Of a stretch of 7,918 bases of DNA, positions 7,145 through 7,918 are shown one piece after another; the stretch's first letter is position 1, and each line of letters begins with the position of its first letter. The stretch spans positions 1 through 7,918 of the IMG/VR virus record IMGVR_UViG_2698536647_000001. One strand, given 5' to 3'. The notes beneath the pieces were generated by a model, which saw only the letters and a list, made by a program, of their open reading frames with translations, was not told where the DNA came from and made no database searches. A program made the position numbers and the translations under genes. This DNA comes from a virus (Duplodnaviria > Heunggongvirae > Uroviricota > Caudoviricetes).

Positions 7145-7918
7145 ATGCTTTATAACACCGGCACCATCGCCATTAATGGAAATACCGCCACCGGGACGGG
7201 TACAAACTGGACGGCACCGGCCAGCCAGGTTCGCGCTGGCCAGACAATTATCGTGATGTCTAACCCGGTGCAACTGTTCCAGATTTCATCCGTGAACAGC
7301 GCCACGTCAATGACGGTTACTCCAGCTGCTTCCCCGGCGCTGAGCGGCCAGAAGTACGGCATTCTGGTATCAGACAATATCTCGGTCGACGGCCTGGCAC
7401 AGGCTATGTCACAGCTCATCAAAGAGTACGACGAGAATATTGGCGCGTGGGAGACGTTCGCCACCACCTCAGCAAACCAGAGCATCACCGTTACCATCAA
7501 CGGCACCGCCGTAACCATCCCAGGCATCGGTAAACTTGCGCAGAAAGGGAGCAATGGTGCGCTTGCAATCGCTGACGGCGGGACCGGGGCAACGACTGCA
7601 GAAGACGCTCGCAAAAACTTCGGTTTAGGAAGTAGTGCGACAAAGGATGTCGGAACTGCGGCAGGGAATGTTATGCAGGTGGGAGCTTTTGGGGTTGGTG
7701 CTGTTCTCCAAAATAAGCCCACAGATGCCAGTTCATCCTTCATCAGTGATGCTGATGGCAATACTCTGTGGGCTCCTTCGTATGGCTGTGGGTTTCAGAG
7801 TTCCTACACCGGGCATCGAATTGCGCAGCTGTGGATTACTTACGGTAATGCGGTATTCAGCCGTTTTCTAACAACCACTGACCCTCAAACACCAAAATCA
7901 TCAGTGCCGTGGGCGCAG
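7145..7918 (+). CDS. stf: Side tail fibre protein, N-terminal part (3' end lies outside the window)
   Basis: The ATG at 7145 is preceded by GGAG (7136-7139, 5-nt spacer). My hand translation is open for 258 codons to the window end: MLYNTGTIAINGNTATGTGTNWTAPASQVRAGQTIIVMSNPVQLF... It contains the tail-fibre hallmark ...GALAIADGGTGATTAEDARKNFGLG.... It is missing from the supplied ORF track only because it has no stop inside the window. Confidence 0.8.
   Translation, partial: MLYNTGTIAINGNTATGTGTNWTAPASQVRAGQTIIVMSNPVQLFQISSVNSATSMTVTPAASPALSGQKYGILVSDNISVDGLAQAMSQLIKEYDENIGAWETFATTSANQSITVTINGTAVTIPGIGKLAQKGSNGALAIADGGTGATTAEDARKNFGLGSSATKDVGTAAGNVMQVGAFGVGAVLQNKPTDASSSFISDADGNTLWAPSYGCGFQSSYTGHRIAQLWITYGNAVFSRFLTTTDPQTPKSSVPWAQ

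Noticed and set aside
7150-7761. 203-aa minus-strand ORF
   Set aside because: Antisense shadow of the + strand tail fibre gene: low-complexity Ala/Pro/Val-rich translation, while the + strand frame has a good RBS and a recognisable tail-fibre motif.
1-7918. CRISPR arrays, tRNA/rRNA genes, integrase or transposase, att sites
   Set aside because: No direct-repeat/spacer periodicity, no tRNA-like structure and no recombinase-like ORFs were seen. The window is internal to the structural gene block.

Overview
This window is the tail-tip / tail-fibre end of a lambda-like (siphovirus) prophage or phage late operon, all on the + strand, in an enterobacterial-type background. Gene order is: 3' end of minor tail protein M, then L, K, I, the large tip/host-specificity protein J, two tightly coupled small ORFs of unknown function, a promoter-gene-terminator lipoprotein cassette, and the 5' part of a side tail fibre gene that runs off the window end. 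M, L, K, I and J are assigned from my recollection of the lambda proteins and from motifs visible in the translations; no database search was run. The most interesting region is 5763-7128, where lambda carries lom: here it holds an uncharacterised two-gene module built from a repeated WDASG/SGSW-containing domain, followed by a small lipoprotein moron that may be a Cor-like exclusion factor. No tRNA, rRNA, CRISPR array or transposase/integrase was seen.
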